Source: Gemmatimonadaceae bacterium
Lineage (GTDB): Bacteria; Gemmatimonadota; Gemmatimonadetes; Gemmatimonadales; Gemmatimonadaceae
Assembly (NCBI GenBank): GCA_045803545.1
Contig: JBJMOW010000002.1
Span: 64,001-128,000 of the forward strand
Length of the DNA: 64,000 bases
Reading direction: 5' to 3'
The notes under the pieces were generated by a model. The model worked only from the letters and a program-made list of their open reading frames with translations. It had not been told where the DNA came from and did no database searches. Positions 10,921 to 21,059 of this stretch are shown here, piece by piece. Numbering within the stretch: the first letter of the stretch is position 1; every line of letters starts with the position of its first letter. A program made the position numbers and the translations under genes.

Positions 10921-12270
10921 ATGCCCAATCACCCGGACGTGATGGACAAGCTCGTGTCGCTGGCAAAGCGGCGCGGCTTCATTTTCCAATCATCAGAGAT
11001 CTATGGCGGCACCGGCTCCGTGTGGGATTACGGCCCGCTCGGTGTGGAGCTCAAGAAGAATCTGAAGGACCGCTGGTGGCACGCGATGGTTCGCGCGCGC
11101 AACGACATCGAAGGGCTCGATGCCGCGATACTGATGAACGCGCGCGTGTGGGAAGCGAGCGGTCACGTCAGCGGCTTCGTCGATCCATTGGTCGATTGTC
11201 GCAATTGCAAAAAAAGATTCCGCGCCGACGATTCACGCATCAAAGGCACACCGGGCACTCCCGACGGCCAATGTCCCGCGTGCGGGATGAAAGGCACGCT
11301 CAGCGAAGCGCGTCAGTTCAATCTGATGTTCAAGACTTTCATGGGACCGGTCGAGGATTCCGCGGCAATTGTGTATTTGCGACCGGAAACAGCGCAGGGC
11401 ATCTACGTGAACTTTCTGAACGTCCAGCAGTCGACGCGGCAGAAGATTCCGTTCGGCATCGCCCAGATCGGCAAGGCATTCCGCAACGAGATCACGCCCG
11501 GGAATTTCATTTTTCGGACGCGTGAGTTCGAGCAGATGGAAATGCAGTTCTTCGTCGAGCCGGGCACCGACATGCAGTGGTTCGAGTACTGGAAGCAGCA
11601 ACGGATGGAGTGGCATCTCGCACTGGGCCTGGAAAGAGAGCGCCTGCAGTTCCATCAGCACACCAAGGAGGAGCTCGCACACTACGCGCGGGCAGCCGTC
11701 GACGTGCAGTTCGATTTTGGTGGCACCCTTGGCTTCCAGGAGATCGAAGGTGTTCACAACCGTGGCGACTTCGATCTGACGCAGCACCAGAAGTTCTCGG
11801 GGAAGAAGCTCGAGTACTTTGACCAGCCGAACAATCGTCGGTTCGTGCCGTACGTCGTGGAGACCTCGGTCGGTGCCGACAGAACAACACTCGCGGTGCT
11901 GGTCAACGCCTATCGCGAGGAGTCAGTTCCCGGCGAGTCGGAAGGGCGCACAGTTCTGAAACTCGAAGCCTCGCTCGCTCCAATCAAAGCCGGTGTTTTT
12001 CCACTGGTAAAGAAGGACGGAATGCCGGAGATGGCGACGCGGATCTCTGATGATCTGCGCAAGTCGTTCCCGATCTTCTACGACGACAGCGGCGCCATTG
12101 GCCGACGGTATCGTCGACAGGACGAAGTGGGAACACCATTCGGAATTACGATTGACGGCGAGTCACTCACCAACGCGACTGTGACGGTGCGCGACCGCGA
12201 CACGCTGCAACAGGAGCGCGTCGAGGTCGGCCAGCTCAAGGGTTACCTCACTCGCAAGCTGGAACTGTGA
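10921..12270 (+). CDS. glyQS: Glycine--tRNA ligase (homodimeric alpha2 type)
   Basis: [50 protein letters not shown] and [14 protein letters not shown] motifs. Confidence 0.96.
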   Translation: MPNHPDVMDKLVSLAKRRGFIFQSSEIYGGTGSVWDYGPLGVELKKNLKDRWWHAMVRARNDIEGLDAAILMNARVWEASGHVSGFVDPLVDCRNCKKRFRADDSRIKGTPGTPDGQCPACGMKGTLSEARQFNLMFKTFMGPVEDSAAIVYLRPETAQGIYVNFLNVQQSTRQKIPFGIAQIGKAFRNEITPGNFIFRTREFEQMEMQFFVEPGTDMQWFEYWKQQRMEWHLALGLERERLQFHQHTKEELAHYARAAVDVQFDFGGTLGFQEIEGVHNRGDFDLTQHQKFSGKKLEYFDQPNNRRFVPYVVETSVGADRTTLAVLVNAYREESVPGESEGRTVLKLEASLAPIKAGVFPLVKKDGMPEMATRISDDLRKSFPIFYDDSGAIGRRYRRQDEVGTPFGITIDGESLTNATVTVRDRDTLQQERVEVGQLKGYLTRKLEL

Positions 12271-13787
12271 CCGCGCTCGACCTTCAGCGCCTGCGAGCTG
12301 AAGGCCAGGCGTTCATGGAAGCGATCTCACGAGAGAGCTACCTCGCGTTCGCCGGACTCAAGAAATCGGCGGAGCTCCGCCCGATCTACGAGAAATTCGA
12401 TCGGGTGTTGAGCAGGGAGGCACTGGAGCTGACGCTCGATCTGTTCCAGTCCGCGCCGGATAAAAGCGAGGCCCAGCGGTCGGCGCGACTGCTGCTCGAG
12501 TGGGAAATCGAATCGCAGGCCGCCAAGCCACTCGCCGAGCTCGATGAGCGGGAAATCGAGTGGGAGAATTCTGCCGTCGTGAGATCGCCCGACGGCAGGG
12601 TCGTTCAGTATCAGGCCGTTCCGATCGAAATCGCCAACACCCGCGACCGCTCTCTGCGACTGGCACTCGATCAGGCGCGGACGAAGCTGGTCAAAGCCGA
12701 GCATGCGCCGTTGCGTCTCGAGAGACTGCAACGAGAGAAGGATTTTATTGAATCGCTGGACGTCGCGGGTGACTACAACTCCTCGTTTGAGACCGTAACC
12801 GGTATCTCGCTGTCCGGACTCGCCGACGAATGCGAGCGTTTGTTGCGCGAGACGAAAGCGATGTGGGACGACACGCTCCCGGGATTTCTGCGCAAATCGC
12901 TCGGTATCTCCGCTGCTGAAGCGAAGCGGCCCGACGCGTTGGCGCTCTTTCGCGCTTCCGAGTACGACGACGCATTTCCGGGCAGCGAGATGGAGCCCGC
13001 GATTCGCCGACAGGTGCTGGAGATGGGAATCGACCCGGTTGCCACGGGTCGCATCATCTTCGACGTTGGCGAGCGGCAGGGCAAGCGCTCGCGCGCGTTC
13101 TGCTCACCGGTTCGTGTTCCGCAGGAAGTCTATCTGGTGCTTCGCCCCCACGGCGGCCAAAGCGACTACAACACTTTCCTGCACGAGCTTGGACACGCGT
13201 TGCACTTTGGCTATGCGAGTCCGGACTATCCGTTTGAGTTCCGCTGGCTGGGCGATAACTCGGTAACTGAGTCGTACGCAATGTTGTTCGACCACCGGAT
13301 GCAGGATCGCGGTTGGCTCAATCGGTATACGGGACTGAGCGGACCTCGCGTCGGCAAATTCCTCCGCAGCGCCGGCTTCGAGGAGCTCCATTTTCTGCGT
13401 CGCTACTGCGCGAAGTTTTTGTATGAGCGCTCGCTTTACAGTGGCAACATTCCGTGGTCGGCGCTGCCGGATCTGTATGTCTCACTGCTGACCAGTGCGA
13501 CCGGATTCGAGTACGACCCGGCGGACGCGTTCGTCGATGTCGATCCCCGGTACTACTCTGCGCGGTATCTGCGCGCGTGGCAGCTGCAGTCAATTCTCAA
13601 CGAAGGGCTTACGACGCAGTTCGACAACGATTGGTGGCGCAACCCCAGCGCAGGGCCGTGGATGGTTCGCGAGCTTTTCGCGCAGGGGCAACGAGAAAGT
13701 GGCGAGGAGATCGCGACGCGCGCCGGAGCCGACCGGCTCTCTTTCGATCCGTTGATCAGAAAGGTCGAGGAGCTGCTGAGTGCCTGA
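12267..13787 (+). CDS. M3/M32-like zinc metallopeptidase
   Basis: HELGHALH (HExxH) with a downstream third ligand in [10 protein letters not shown], and an RAFC motif. Confidence 0.7.
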   Translation: MTALDLQRLRAEGQAFMEAISRESYLAFAGLKKSAELRPIYEKFDRVLSREALELTLDLFQSAPDKSEAQRSARLLLEWEIESQAAKPLAELDEREIEWENSAVVRSPDGRVVQYQAVPIEIANTRDRSLRLALDQARTKLVKAEHAPLRLERLQREKDFIESLDVAGDYNSSFETVTGISLSGLADECERLLRETKAMWDDTLPGFLRKSLGISAAEAKRPDALALFRASEYDDAFPGSEMEPAIRRQVLEMGIDPVATGRIIFDVGERQGKRSRAFCSPVRVPQEVYLVLRPHGGQSDYNTFLHELGHALHFGYASPDYPFEFRWLGDNSVTESYAMLFDHRMQDRGWLNRYTGLSGPRVGKFLRSAGFEELHFLRRYCAKFLYERSLYSGNIPWSALPDLYVSLLTSATGFEYDPADAFVDVDPRYYSARYLRAWQLQSILNEGLTTQFDNDWWRNPSAGPWMVRELFAQGQRESGEEIATRAGADRLSFDPLIRKVEELLSA

Positions 13788-15129
13788 CAACGATCGCATT
13801 CGGGCGGAAACCGTCGCGCGACTTCAGGCCATCATCAGGTTCGACACAACCAACCCGCCGGGGAATGAGTTCCCGCTGGCGATGTACGTGGAGGACGCAC
13901 TGAAAAGCGAGGGCATCGAGACCACGCTTGTCGTGCCCGAAAAGAATCGCGCACAGTTGATCGGGCGAATCCGCGGCGCCGGCAATGAGCCTCCGGTGAT
14001 TGTGCTCGCGCACACCGACGTTGTCGGCGTGCAGCGAGCGAGCTGGACGCATGACCCGTTCGGCGCTGAAATCGAGGGCGGGTACCTGTATGGGCGCGGT
14101 GCCATCGATGACAAAGGGATGCTGGCGGCGAATCTGATGACGATGCTTCTATTGCAGCGCGACCTCGCCGGAAACCGTCGCAAGCTTTCTCGGGACGTCG
14201 TTTTCCTGGCGACGTGCGACGAGGAATCCGGCGGTGAGGTGGGCATGGGTTGGCTCGTCGAACATCATCCTGAGGTGCTCGCCGCCGAGTACGCGCTCAA
14301 CGAGGGCGGCCGTACGCGGCTAATCGACGGCGGTCGTTGCTATCTCGCGGTTCAGGCTGCGGAGAAGATCTCGCACGTGGTAACTGTGACTGCGCACGGC
14401 ACGGCAGGACATGCTGCGATCCCGCTCGCCGACAACGCCATCACGCGGCTGGGCCGCGCGATCGCGGAGTTGTCGACGCACGTCGAGCCGCTGGTGCTCA
14501 CCGACATCACGCGTCAGTTCTTTGCGCGCCTCGCCGATATCTGGCCGAGTCAGGTCGAGCGCAACGCGATGCTCGACCTGGTCGACCCGAGCGATATCCG
14601 ATCCGCTGATGGCGGTCGGATACTCTCTGAGACTCCGGTCTTCAATGCAGTGTTGCGAAACGGCATCTCACCGACGGTGCTCCAGGGTGGCAGGCAATTC
14701 AACGTAATTCCGGATTCCGCAGGTGTTATGCTGAACGTGCGCACTTTGCCTGGCCAGTCGATCGACGACGTAGTCGGACGTTTGCGTCGCGTCATTACTG
14801 AAGAGGGGGTGACGGTCGACGTCACCCAGCGTGGTGTTGAGGCCCCCGCATCCGATCCGGGCTCACCGATGTTCGCGGCAATCTCCGAGACTGCCCACGA
14901 GCTCGATCCCAAGATTGCAGTGGTGCCGTACCTCAGCACCGGCGTCACCGACAGCGCGCGCTTACGGCGACTCGGTATCCAGGCTTACGGTGTGCTGCCA
15001 TTCCCGATGGCTCAGTCCGACGAGGAGCGGATGCACGGGAACGACGAGCGGATCCCACTCGAGTCTCTCCACTTCGGCGTCCGTCTTATCCACGGCGCGA
15101 TCTCCCGCATCACGGGACTCGTAACCTAG
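13780..15129 (+). CDS. M20/M25/M40 family metallo-hydrolase
   Basis: AHTDVV, LYGRGAIDDKG, DEESGG, NEGG and MHGNDERI motifs. Confidence 0.92.
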   Translation: MPDNDRIRAETVARLQAIIRFDTTNPPGNEFPLAMYVEDALKSEGIETTLVVPEKNRAQLIGRIRGAGNEPPVIVLAHTDVVGVQRASWTHDPFGAEIEGGYLYGRGAIDDKGMLAANLMTMLLLQRDLAGNRRKLSRDVVFLATCDEESGGEVGMGWLVEHHPEVLAAEYALNEGGRTRLIDGGRCYLAVQAAEKISHVVTVTAHGTAGHAAIPLADNAITRLGRAIAELSTHVEPLVLTDITRQFFARLADIWPSQVERNAMLDLVDPSDIRSADGGRILSETPVFNAVLRNGISPTVLQGGRQFNVIPDSAGVMLNVRTLPGQSIDDVVGRLRRVITEEGVTVDVTQRGVEAPASDPGSPMFAAISETAHELDPKIAVVPYLSTGVTDSARLRRLGIQAYGVLPFPMAQSDEERMHGNDERIPLESLHFGVRLIHGAISRITGLVT

Positions 15130-15146
15130 AGACCACGATTGGGGTC

Positions 15147-15509
15147 GGGACGGGGTATCCGCTACGGCAGCCTCTCGCTTACACGCTGCGAGCCTCGCTT
15201 AGTCCTGCTCGGCTTACGGTGTTACGTAGGAGCGCGAGTCTCTTGCTACGCGAGGGCCTGCCTTAAGCGGACACCCCGTCCCTCCTTCACGGATCTGTAA
15301 CTGCACGCGACCCCGCCTGCGAGACGCACCGCGACGAGTCTCACGCCGCGCAAGGCCTCGCAGTCGCGGTCGTTACAGACTGTCGAGGGAGAGGTGAGGG
15401 GCGTACTCCGAAAAACATCGCGCAGACGCGCCCCGTCTCAGATCGCCACCAACAATGATTTCGAACCGAAGGCGGGTCGAGCAGTTTTTCGGAGAATGCC
15501 CCTCACCTC
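15147..15509. repeat. Three consecutive long imperfect hairpins in a convergent intergenic region
   Basis: gggacggggtatccgct / agcggacaccccgtccc (15147-15282); ctgtaac / gttacag with inner cgcgac / gtcgcg (15295-15378); gaggtgaggggcgtactccgaaaaac / gtttttcggagaatgcccctcacctc (15391-15509). Confidence 0.75.
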
Positions 15510-15550
15510 GACCCCCGCCGAGATGCTAAGGCGGCGGGGATCGAAGAAGG

Positions 15551-17677
15551 CTACCGTCCCTGCAGCTCGTCGGCGATGCGCGAGCCGTCGTACATCTTCC
15601 GCAGCGCCTCGGTAATCGCGCGCGAGCTCACGCTGACGGTCCGGCCGACCGCCGTCGTGAAAATGAACCGGTTCGATACGCCTTCGATATTCGAGTCGAA
15701 CACGAGTCCGACGACTTCCGCATTCTTGTTGATCACTGGGCTGCCCGAGTTGCCGCCGATGATGTCGTTGGTCGACACGAAATCGTACGGCGTCGAGAGG
15801 TCGAGGTTCGCCTTGCGATCCACCCACCGCTGGGGGAGCTTGAACGGGTCCTTGTTGTCGAACGCGGCGGAGCGCTCGTAAAGACCGTAGAACGTGGTCT
15901 TGTAAGGCGCGATGGTGCCGTTCGACGGATACGACTTCACCAGGCCGTCGCTGATACGGAGAGTGAAGGTAGCGTCGGGCGGCAGATTGGTGCCGTAGGT
16001 TGCGAACATCGCCTGTCCGATCTTCTCACTGTTGGACGCAATTATCGCGTTGAGCGCGTTCGCGCGACTTAGTTGCGTACGCGCCAGAGGATCGACGGCG
16101 CGCGCAAACACGATCAGCGGATCCGTCGATGCTGTGATTGCCGGAAGTCCACCTGTCACCAGCTGCTGACGAACCGCTGGATCCGTGATTCGCGTATTAC
16201 GAACGAGATCGGCTGCCGCCTGCTCGGGAGTCTTGCCGTTCAACGCAATCCGCAGGAATGGATCATTCGCCGAGAGCTCGCCCTGCGCTGCGCGGAGCTG
16301 CGCGGCGATCGCCAGACGCTCGTAAGCCGTATCGATCGGATTCGGCGCTACGATCGCAGTCTTGATGTTCCCGAGCCCCGGCCCGCGGTACTGCGTCAAG
16401 CGGTCGGCGTCAGGCTTACCAGCTTCGGTTGCGACGCGCACCAGTCCCGCCGCCAGTTGCAGCAATTGCGAGTTTCCGCCGAAACCGTAGTAGCGAAGTT
16501 GCGGGCTGAACGTCGCCAGCTCCGACTGCGCCCGCGCAATCGCGTCCCACGCGCCGCCGTACTGCGCCTGGAGCTGCGGATTCGCAGCGATTCGGGCGCG
16601 CAGCTCCCGCTCGAAACCACTCTTCATCGCCATGCTGGCCGTGTCGAGCAGTCCAGCGCGGTAACCGGTCACCGCCTTCTGCGAGTTGGCCATCCCGAAA
16701 ATGTCGTTCTGATAGCGCCGCGCCGCCGAGGTATCCGTTTTCTCCAATGTTGAATAAATCGCCAGCAATCTCTTGTAAGCTCCGAGAGTCGCCGGATATC
16801 CGACGTCGCGCAGGTACTCCATTTGTGCGACGGTATTGAGGCGGCCAGTGGAGCCGGGATTTCCAACGACGAATACCAAATCGTTCTCAGTAGCGCCGGC
16901 GGGACTCCACCTCAGGTAATCAGTCGGCTGGTATGGCTGATTGTTCTCGTAGACGCGCAGCAGCGTCAGGTCGAGGTCGTAGCGCGGATAGGTAAAGTTG
17001 TCCGGATCGCCACCGAAGAATGCGATGCTCTCTTCGGGCGCCATCACCAGACGCAAGTCGTTGAAACGACGATAGCGATATAGCGAGTAAATGCCGCCCT
17101 GGTACAAACTCACCACCTGGCAGGTCATCTGGGTCTGCTGCTGACATTCGGTCTGTATTTGCGATATCACCGCACTTCGTTGAGCATCCTGCTGGGCGGG
17201 CGTGGTGCCTGTCACCGCCCCACGAACTCTGGTCGTCACGTTCTCGATCGACTGCAGCTGATCGACGTAGAGTCCGGCGCACTTCTTCTCGTCGGCGAGC
17301 GTTCCCGCCGAGAAGCCAGTGGCCACGTAATTGGAATCGGGCGGAGAAGAGCTCGCAGTGCATGACCGGCCGCAGTGATGGTTGGTCATCACCAGCCCAC
17401 GCGCCGAAACGAAAGAAGCCGAGCAATTCGGTAGTCTCACCGAGGCAAGCCGAACGTGGTCGAGCCATTTCTGGTCGGGTGCCCAGCCGTAGGTGCGACG
17501 CCAGTAGTCGAAAGGAGGGGCATCGAATGTCCACATCGTACCAAACTCGGGTCGATATGTGGGCGCCGCCATTTGCCCAACGGCCGCCTGTCTGCTCGCG
17601 CTCTGTGCTTCTGCCCGGGTGGAAACGACTAGCGCGGCGGTGAGTACCAGCACGCGCAGCACCGATCTGGTTTTCAT
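15551..17677 (-). CDS. S46 family dipeptidyl peptidase (DPP7/DPP11-like), secreted
   Basis: Signal peptide, MWT, SASFVS..GLVMTNHHC, FGGDPDNFTYPR and DIIGGNSGSPV motifs. Confidence 0.93.
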   Translation of the reverse strand: MKTRSVLRVLVLTAALVVSTRAEAQSASRQAAVGQMAAPTYRPEFGTMWTFDAPPFDYWRRTYGWAPDQKWLDHVRLASVRLPNCSASFVSARGLVMTNHHCGRSCTASSSPPDSNYVATGFSAGTLADEKKCAGLYVDQLQSIENVTTRVRGAVTGTTPAQQDAQRSAVISQIQTECQQQTQMTCQVVSLYQGGIYSLYRYRRFNDLRLVMAPEESIAFFGGDPDNFTYPRYDLDLTLLRVYENNQPYQPTDYLRWSPAGATENDLVFVVGNPGSTGRLNTVAQMEYLRDVGYPATLGAYKRLLAIYSTLEKTDTSAARRYQNDIFGMANSQKAVTGYRAGLLDTASMAMKSGFERELRARIAANPQLQAQYGGAWDAIARAQSELATFSPQLRYYGFGGNSQLLQLAAGLVRVATEAGKPDADRLTQYRGPGLGNIKTAIVAPNPIDTAYERLAIAAQLRAAQGELSANDPFLRIALNGKTPEQAAADLVRNTRITDPAVRQQLVTGGLPAITASTDPLIVFARAVDPLARTQLSRANALNAIIASNSEKIGQAMFATYGTNLPPDATFTLRISDGLVKSYPSNGTIAPYKTTFYGLYERSAAFDNKDPFKLPQRWVDRKANLDLSTPYDFVSTNDIIGGNSGSPVINKNAEVVGLVFDSNIEGVSNRFIFTTAVGRTVSVSSRAITEALRKMYDGSRIADELQGR

Positions 17678-17819
17678 CTTGGTCCCTGTGCTTGTAGGTT
17701 GGCGCGTACCCGACTTGCAAGATATTTACCGCAGCAGGGCGGCGAGCTTGTTGCTCCGAGCCATGCCCTTAGATTCCTACACTCTCTACGGGTTCAACCG
17801 CTTCCCCGAGACGTCTTAA

Positions 17820-18125
17820 ATGCCGCAACGCGAGCGAGTTCTGCAGGAAACGACCACGACATTGAGTCCGGCCGAAGTCTTACAGTCGGCGAAGCAGTTT
17901 TTTGCGCGTCAGACCGGTATCTATGCGGCTTTTCCAGAGCAGGAATCCAAGTCTCATGTGTCAATGCGCGGACAAGGCGGGGAAGAGGTCGTCATCGCGG
18001 CGCTCTCGCAGAACGGATCGACGCGCGTCACCGGCTCCACTTATTTGTTCGATCAACAAGTCGCGCGGTTCATGTCGACGCTCGCTCCAGTACCGGAAGC
18101 AGTCATTACCGAAGGTGGGGTATGA
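17820..18125 (+). CDS. Small hypothetical protein (101 aa)
   Basis: Clean ATG-to-TGA ORF, coupled by an ATGA overlap to the next gene. Confidence 0.7.
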   Translation: MPQRERVLQETTTTLSPAEVLQSAKQFFARQTGIYAAFPEQESKSHVSMRGQGGEEVVIAALSQNGSTRVTGSTYLFDQQVARFMSTLAPVPEAVITEGGV

Positions 18126-18451
18126 CCGCGCCGGTACCCTTCGTTAACAATCTCCGCAACCAGGGGCCGCCGCTTCGGCTTGGCTCCGGTTCGGATGTCG
18201 TGCTCCAACTCCGGGCGCAGGTTCTCGAAGCATGGGATGCTGTCCGCATCGACGCGGATTCTTCCGCGAGCGTGAAAAGCCTCAAGCATCTCGCGCTGAA
18301 AACGCTCTATCCCAACGTCAACGGGAACGATTACGTCGTCAAACTCCACGGCTGGGAAGTCCTCGACGAGGAAGCGCCGATCTCGTCGACGGGTGCGCGC
18401 AGCGGCTCGATCTTTCTAATCAGCGACCGCCGTCGGCGACCGGTCGCGTAG
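18122..18451 (+). CDS. Probable ubiquitin-like (beta-grasp, YukD/EsaB-like) protein
   Basis: VRIDADSSASVKSLKHLAL...YVVKLHGWEVLDEEAPISSTGARSGSIFLI aligns by eye with the ubiquitin pattern; ATG at 18122 overlaps the upstream stop. Confidence 0.6.
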   Translation: MTAPVPFVNNLRNQGPPLRLGSGSDVVLQLRAQVLEAWDAVRIDADSSASVKSLKHLALKTLYPNVNGNDYVVKLHGWEVLDEEAPISSTGARSGSIFLISDRRRRPVA

Positions 18452-18462
18452 CTGACCCGCTG

Positions 18463-19392
18463 ATGCGGGCGGCTTTCATCTCACACAGTGACTGCGGGCG
18501 CCACGATACCGGGTGGGGCCATCCCGAGCATGTAGGTCGATTGCGCGCCGTCACGCGCGCTCTCCGCGAAGATCCTGAACTGTTTCATCGCGTGGAGCAC
18601 CTCGAGGGGCGGCACGCGACCGTCGAAGAGCTCGAGCTTGCGCACGACCCGGCGCATGTGCGCGCGGTGCGAGTGCTTGCCGAGCAGGGCGGGGGAAGAA
18701 TCGACGCCGACACCGTCGAGAGCAGCGGCTCGTGGGAGGCAGCGACTGCGGGCGCCGGTTGTGTTCTCTCCGCTGTCGATCTCTCAGTCGGTGCCGTGCA
18801 CCCACGAAGTTTTTCCGCGGTCCGCCCGCCCGGACACCACGCCGTCTACAATCGCGGGATGGGATTCTGCCTGTTCGGGAACGTTGCGATCGCAGCACAC
18901 TACGCGCGCAAGAAGCACGGACTCGCCCGCATTCTCATCGTCGACTGGGATGTTCACCACGGCAACGGAACCCAGGCGCTCGTACAGGACGAGCCGGACA
19001 TCCACTTCGTGTCGATGCATCAGTGGCCGTGGTACCCCGGCACTGGCGCGGCCGAAGACCGCGGTCCACATCACACCGTTTGGAACATCCCGTTGCCACC
19101 TGGCTTGCCACGGCAAGACTACGTCGATTCCCTCGAGCGCGGAATCGACGCCGCCACCGATGGCTTCACCCCCGATCTGATCTTCATCTCTGCCGGTTTC
19201 GATTCGTTGGCGGGCGACCCGCTCGGCGGATTTACGCTCGAAATCGACGATTTCGTGGGTCTCACACGATCGCTGATGGCGCGCGCTGACGCGTGGTGCG
19301 GTGGCCGTCTGATAAGCGCGCTCGAGGGCGGATACGCGCCAGATAGAGTCGGCGCAGCCGCAGTCGCGCATCTGGGCGCACTCGCAAACTAA
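18463..19392 (+). CDS. Histone deacetylase family (AcuC/AphA-like) amidohydrolase
   Basis: HPE..RL, RPPGHHA, GFCLFGN, DWDVHHGNGTQ, SAGFD..GDPLG and LEGGY motifs; ATG at 18463. Confidence 0.95.
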   Translation: MRAAFISHSDCGRHDTGWGHPEHVGRLRAVTRALREDPELFHRVEHLEGRHATVEELELAHDPAHVRAVRVLAEQGGGRIDADTVESSGSWEAATAGAGCVLSAVDLSVGAVHPRSFSAVRPPGHHAVYNRGMGFCLFGNVAIAAHYARKKHGLARILIVDWDVHHGNGTQALVQDEPDIHFVSMHQWPWYPGTGAAEDRGPHHTVWNIPLPPGLPRQDYVDSLERGIDAATDGFTPDLIFISAGFDSLAGDPLGGFTLEIDDFVGLTRSLMARADAWCGGRLISALEGGYAPDRVGAAAVAHLGALAN

Positions 19393-19408
19393 CGGCTAAC
19401 TTCCACCG

Positions 19409-20437
19409 ATGAGCGTGGCATCTAGGCCGCTCCAGCAGGTCCGCCCAAGCAGCGAGCCGGAGCTCTGGACTGGTTACAACGATCCAAATGGTGGTATCCG
19501 TAACGACATTTCGCGCGATGAGATCGCCCGAATCGTCGCGTCCGGCGACGGAACGCTCTGGGTCGACATCGACACCCGCGACCCGAACGACGTCTCGATT
19601 CTCTCCGACGTTTTCCACTTCCACCCGTTGGCGATCGAGGAAGCAACCAACCCACAGTCCCGCGTCAAGCTCGAGGAATACGACAAATATCTGCTGTTGA
19701 TCGTGCGCACGGTCGCTTTCTGTGAAACCACCGACGATCCCTACGATCTCGATACAGTCAACATCAGCTTTTTCCTGGGCAAGAACTTCCTGGTGACAGT
19801 GCACGGTGGCAGTACCAACCCGGTCGCCGCCACCGTCGATCTGCTCCAGCGCAAACCGGAGCTGATTGGACACGGTCCTGCCAAGCTGATGCACGTCATC
19901 GTAGATCAGGCGGTTGACGCTTATTTCCCAATCATCGACCAGATCGACGAGTTCATGGACAGCCTCGAAGAGAAAATCTTCTCCCAGTTCGATCAGACTG
20001 TGCTGCGAGACGTTTTCGCTGTGAAGCGGCTGGTTCTAACCCTTCGGCGTCACCTTGCCCCGGAACGGGACGCTCTCAGCGTACTCACCAATCGGCCGAG
20101 TACTCTGCTCTCGACCGAGACGCAGATCTATTATCGGGACATCTACGACCATGTCCTGCGTATTTATGATTCGCTCGAGACCTTCCGGGACTTACTGAGC
20201 AGTACCCTGGACAGCTATCTAACGCAGGTATCAAATCGTCTAGGTACTGCGACCAAGGCTCTCAGCGTGGTCGCCACCGTCACGCTCCCGTTCGTGGTCA
20301 TCAGTGGTATCTGGGGCATGAACTTCGAGCATATTCCGCTTCACTCAAACCGGTACGGCTTCATTCTCCTCGTGTTGGCGCAACTGGCTTTCGGCCTCAC
20401 AATCCTCGGCGGTCTGAAATGGCGCAAGCTGCTGTAG
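19409..20437 (+). CDS. corA: CorA family magnesium/cobalt transporter
   Basis: FHPLAIEE, RDIYDH and the GIWGMNF signature followed by two C-terminal TM helices. Confidence 0.93.
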   Translation: MSVASRPLQQVRPSSEPELWTGYNDPNGGIRNDISRDEIARIVASGDGTLWVDIDTRDPNDVSILSDVFHFHPLAIEEATNPQSRVKLEEYDKYLLLIVRTVAFCETTDDPYDLDTVNISFFLGKNFLVTVHGGSTNPVAATVDLLQRKPELIGHGPAKLMHVIVDQAVDAYFPIIDQIDEFMDSLEEKIFSQFDQTVLRDVFAVKRLVLTLRRHLAPERDALSVLTNRPSTLLSTETQIYYRDIYDHVLRIYDSLETFRDLLSSTLDSYLTQVSNRLGTATKALSVVATVTLPFVVISGIWGMNFEHIPLHSNRYGFILLVLAQLAFGLTILGGLKWRKLL

Positions 20438-21057
20438 CGGCGCTCCGCGTGTACGGAGTGGCTGCCGTCGAGAACGGCCAGGCAGCCTCGCTCGTTGAGG
20501 GGACCTCGCTGGTGCACTTCCGGGCGCTGGCGGCGATCGTCGAGCCGTCGCACTACTCGGCGCCCGCATTGGGCGAGGGCGATACCCAGCGTTATCTCGA
20601 TGTTCTCGAGGAAGCTTATTCAAACGCCGCGGTTTTGCCGGCACCACCGGGCACCGTCTTTCAGTCCCGTAACACTCTGATGCGCTGGCTCGAGCTGCAC
20701 TACTTCACTCTGACGGAGGCGCTCGCCGTCATCGAAGGGCACTCAGCCGCGCGCGTGAACATTACCACGCGAGCCGGCCATCAGGACGGCGATGGCGGTC
20801 GCAGCCTGGCGGCACTGGCAGCGGACAGCCTGCGCTCGCTACGCAATCAGGCAGCGGCGACGGTGACCTTGCCCAAGGCCGATGGTGACGATGAAGAGGG
20901 CGTCGTCGCGCGGGCGTCTTTTCTCATCGACACTCAGCGCTGGGAGACCTTCAAGGACACGGTCAACAAGGAAGCACAGCGCCAGCCGTCCCTCGCCTTC
21001 GGCGTCACCGGCCCATGGCCTCCGTACGATTTCGTGCGTATGCAGTTCGGAGGCTGA
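20419..21057 (+). CDS. GvpL/GvpF family protein (divergent orphan paralogue)
   Basis: RVYGV, VLPAPPGTVF, ASFLID and VTGPWPPYDFV motifs. Confidence 0.8.
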   Translation: MAQAAVAALRVYGVAAVENGQAASLVEGTSLVHFRALAAIVEPSHYSAPALGEGDTQRYLDVLEEAYSNAAVLPAPPGTVFQSRNTLMRWLELHYFTLTEALAVIEGHSAARVNITTRAGHQDGDGGRSLAALAADSLRSLRNQAAATVTLPKADGDDEEGVVARASFLIDTQRWETFKDTVNKEAQRQPSLAFGVTGPWPPYDFVRMQFGG

Positions 21058-21059
21058 GG

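Noticed and set aside
15147..15282. Definite 6S RNA call
   Set aside because: The hairpin is shorter than typical 6S RNA and has no clear large central bubble, so it is kept only as an unassigned structure.
17717..17731. Sigma54 promoter for the S46 peptidase (GGTAAATATCTTGC, minus strand)
   Set aside because: The spacing fits but the -24 element is poor, and TATCTT is equally explained as a sigma70-type -10 box.
17699..18121. N-terminal extension making a 250-aa ORF
   Set aside because: It overlaps the better 17820-18125 ORF; the ATGA-coupled start at 18122 is more plausible.
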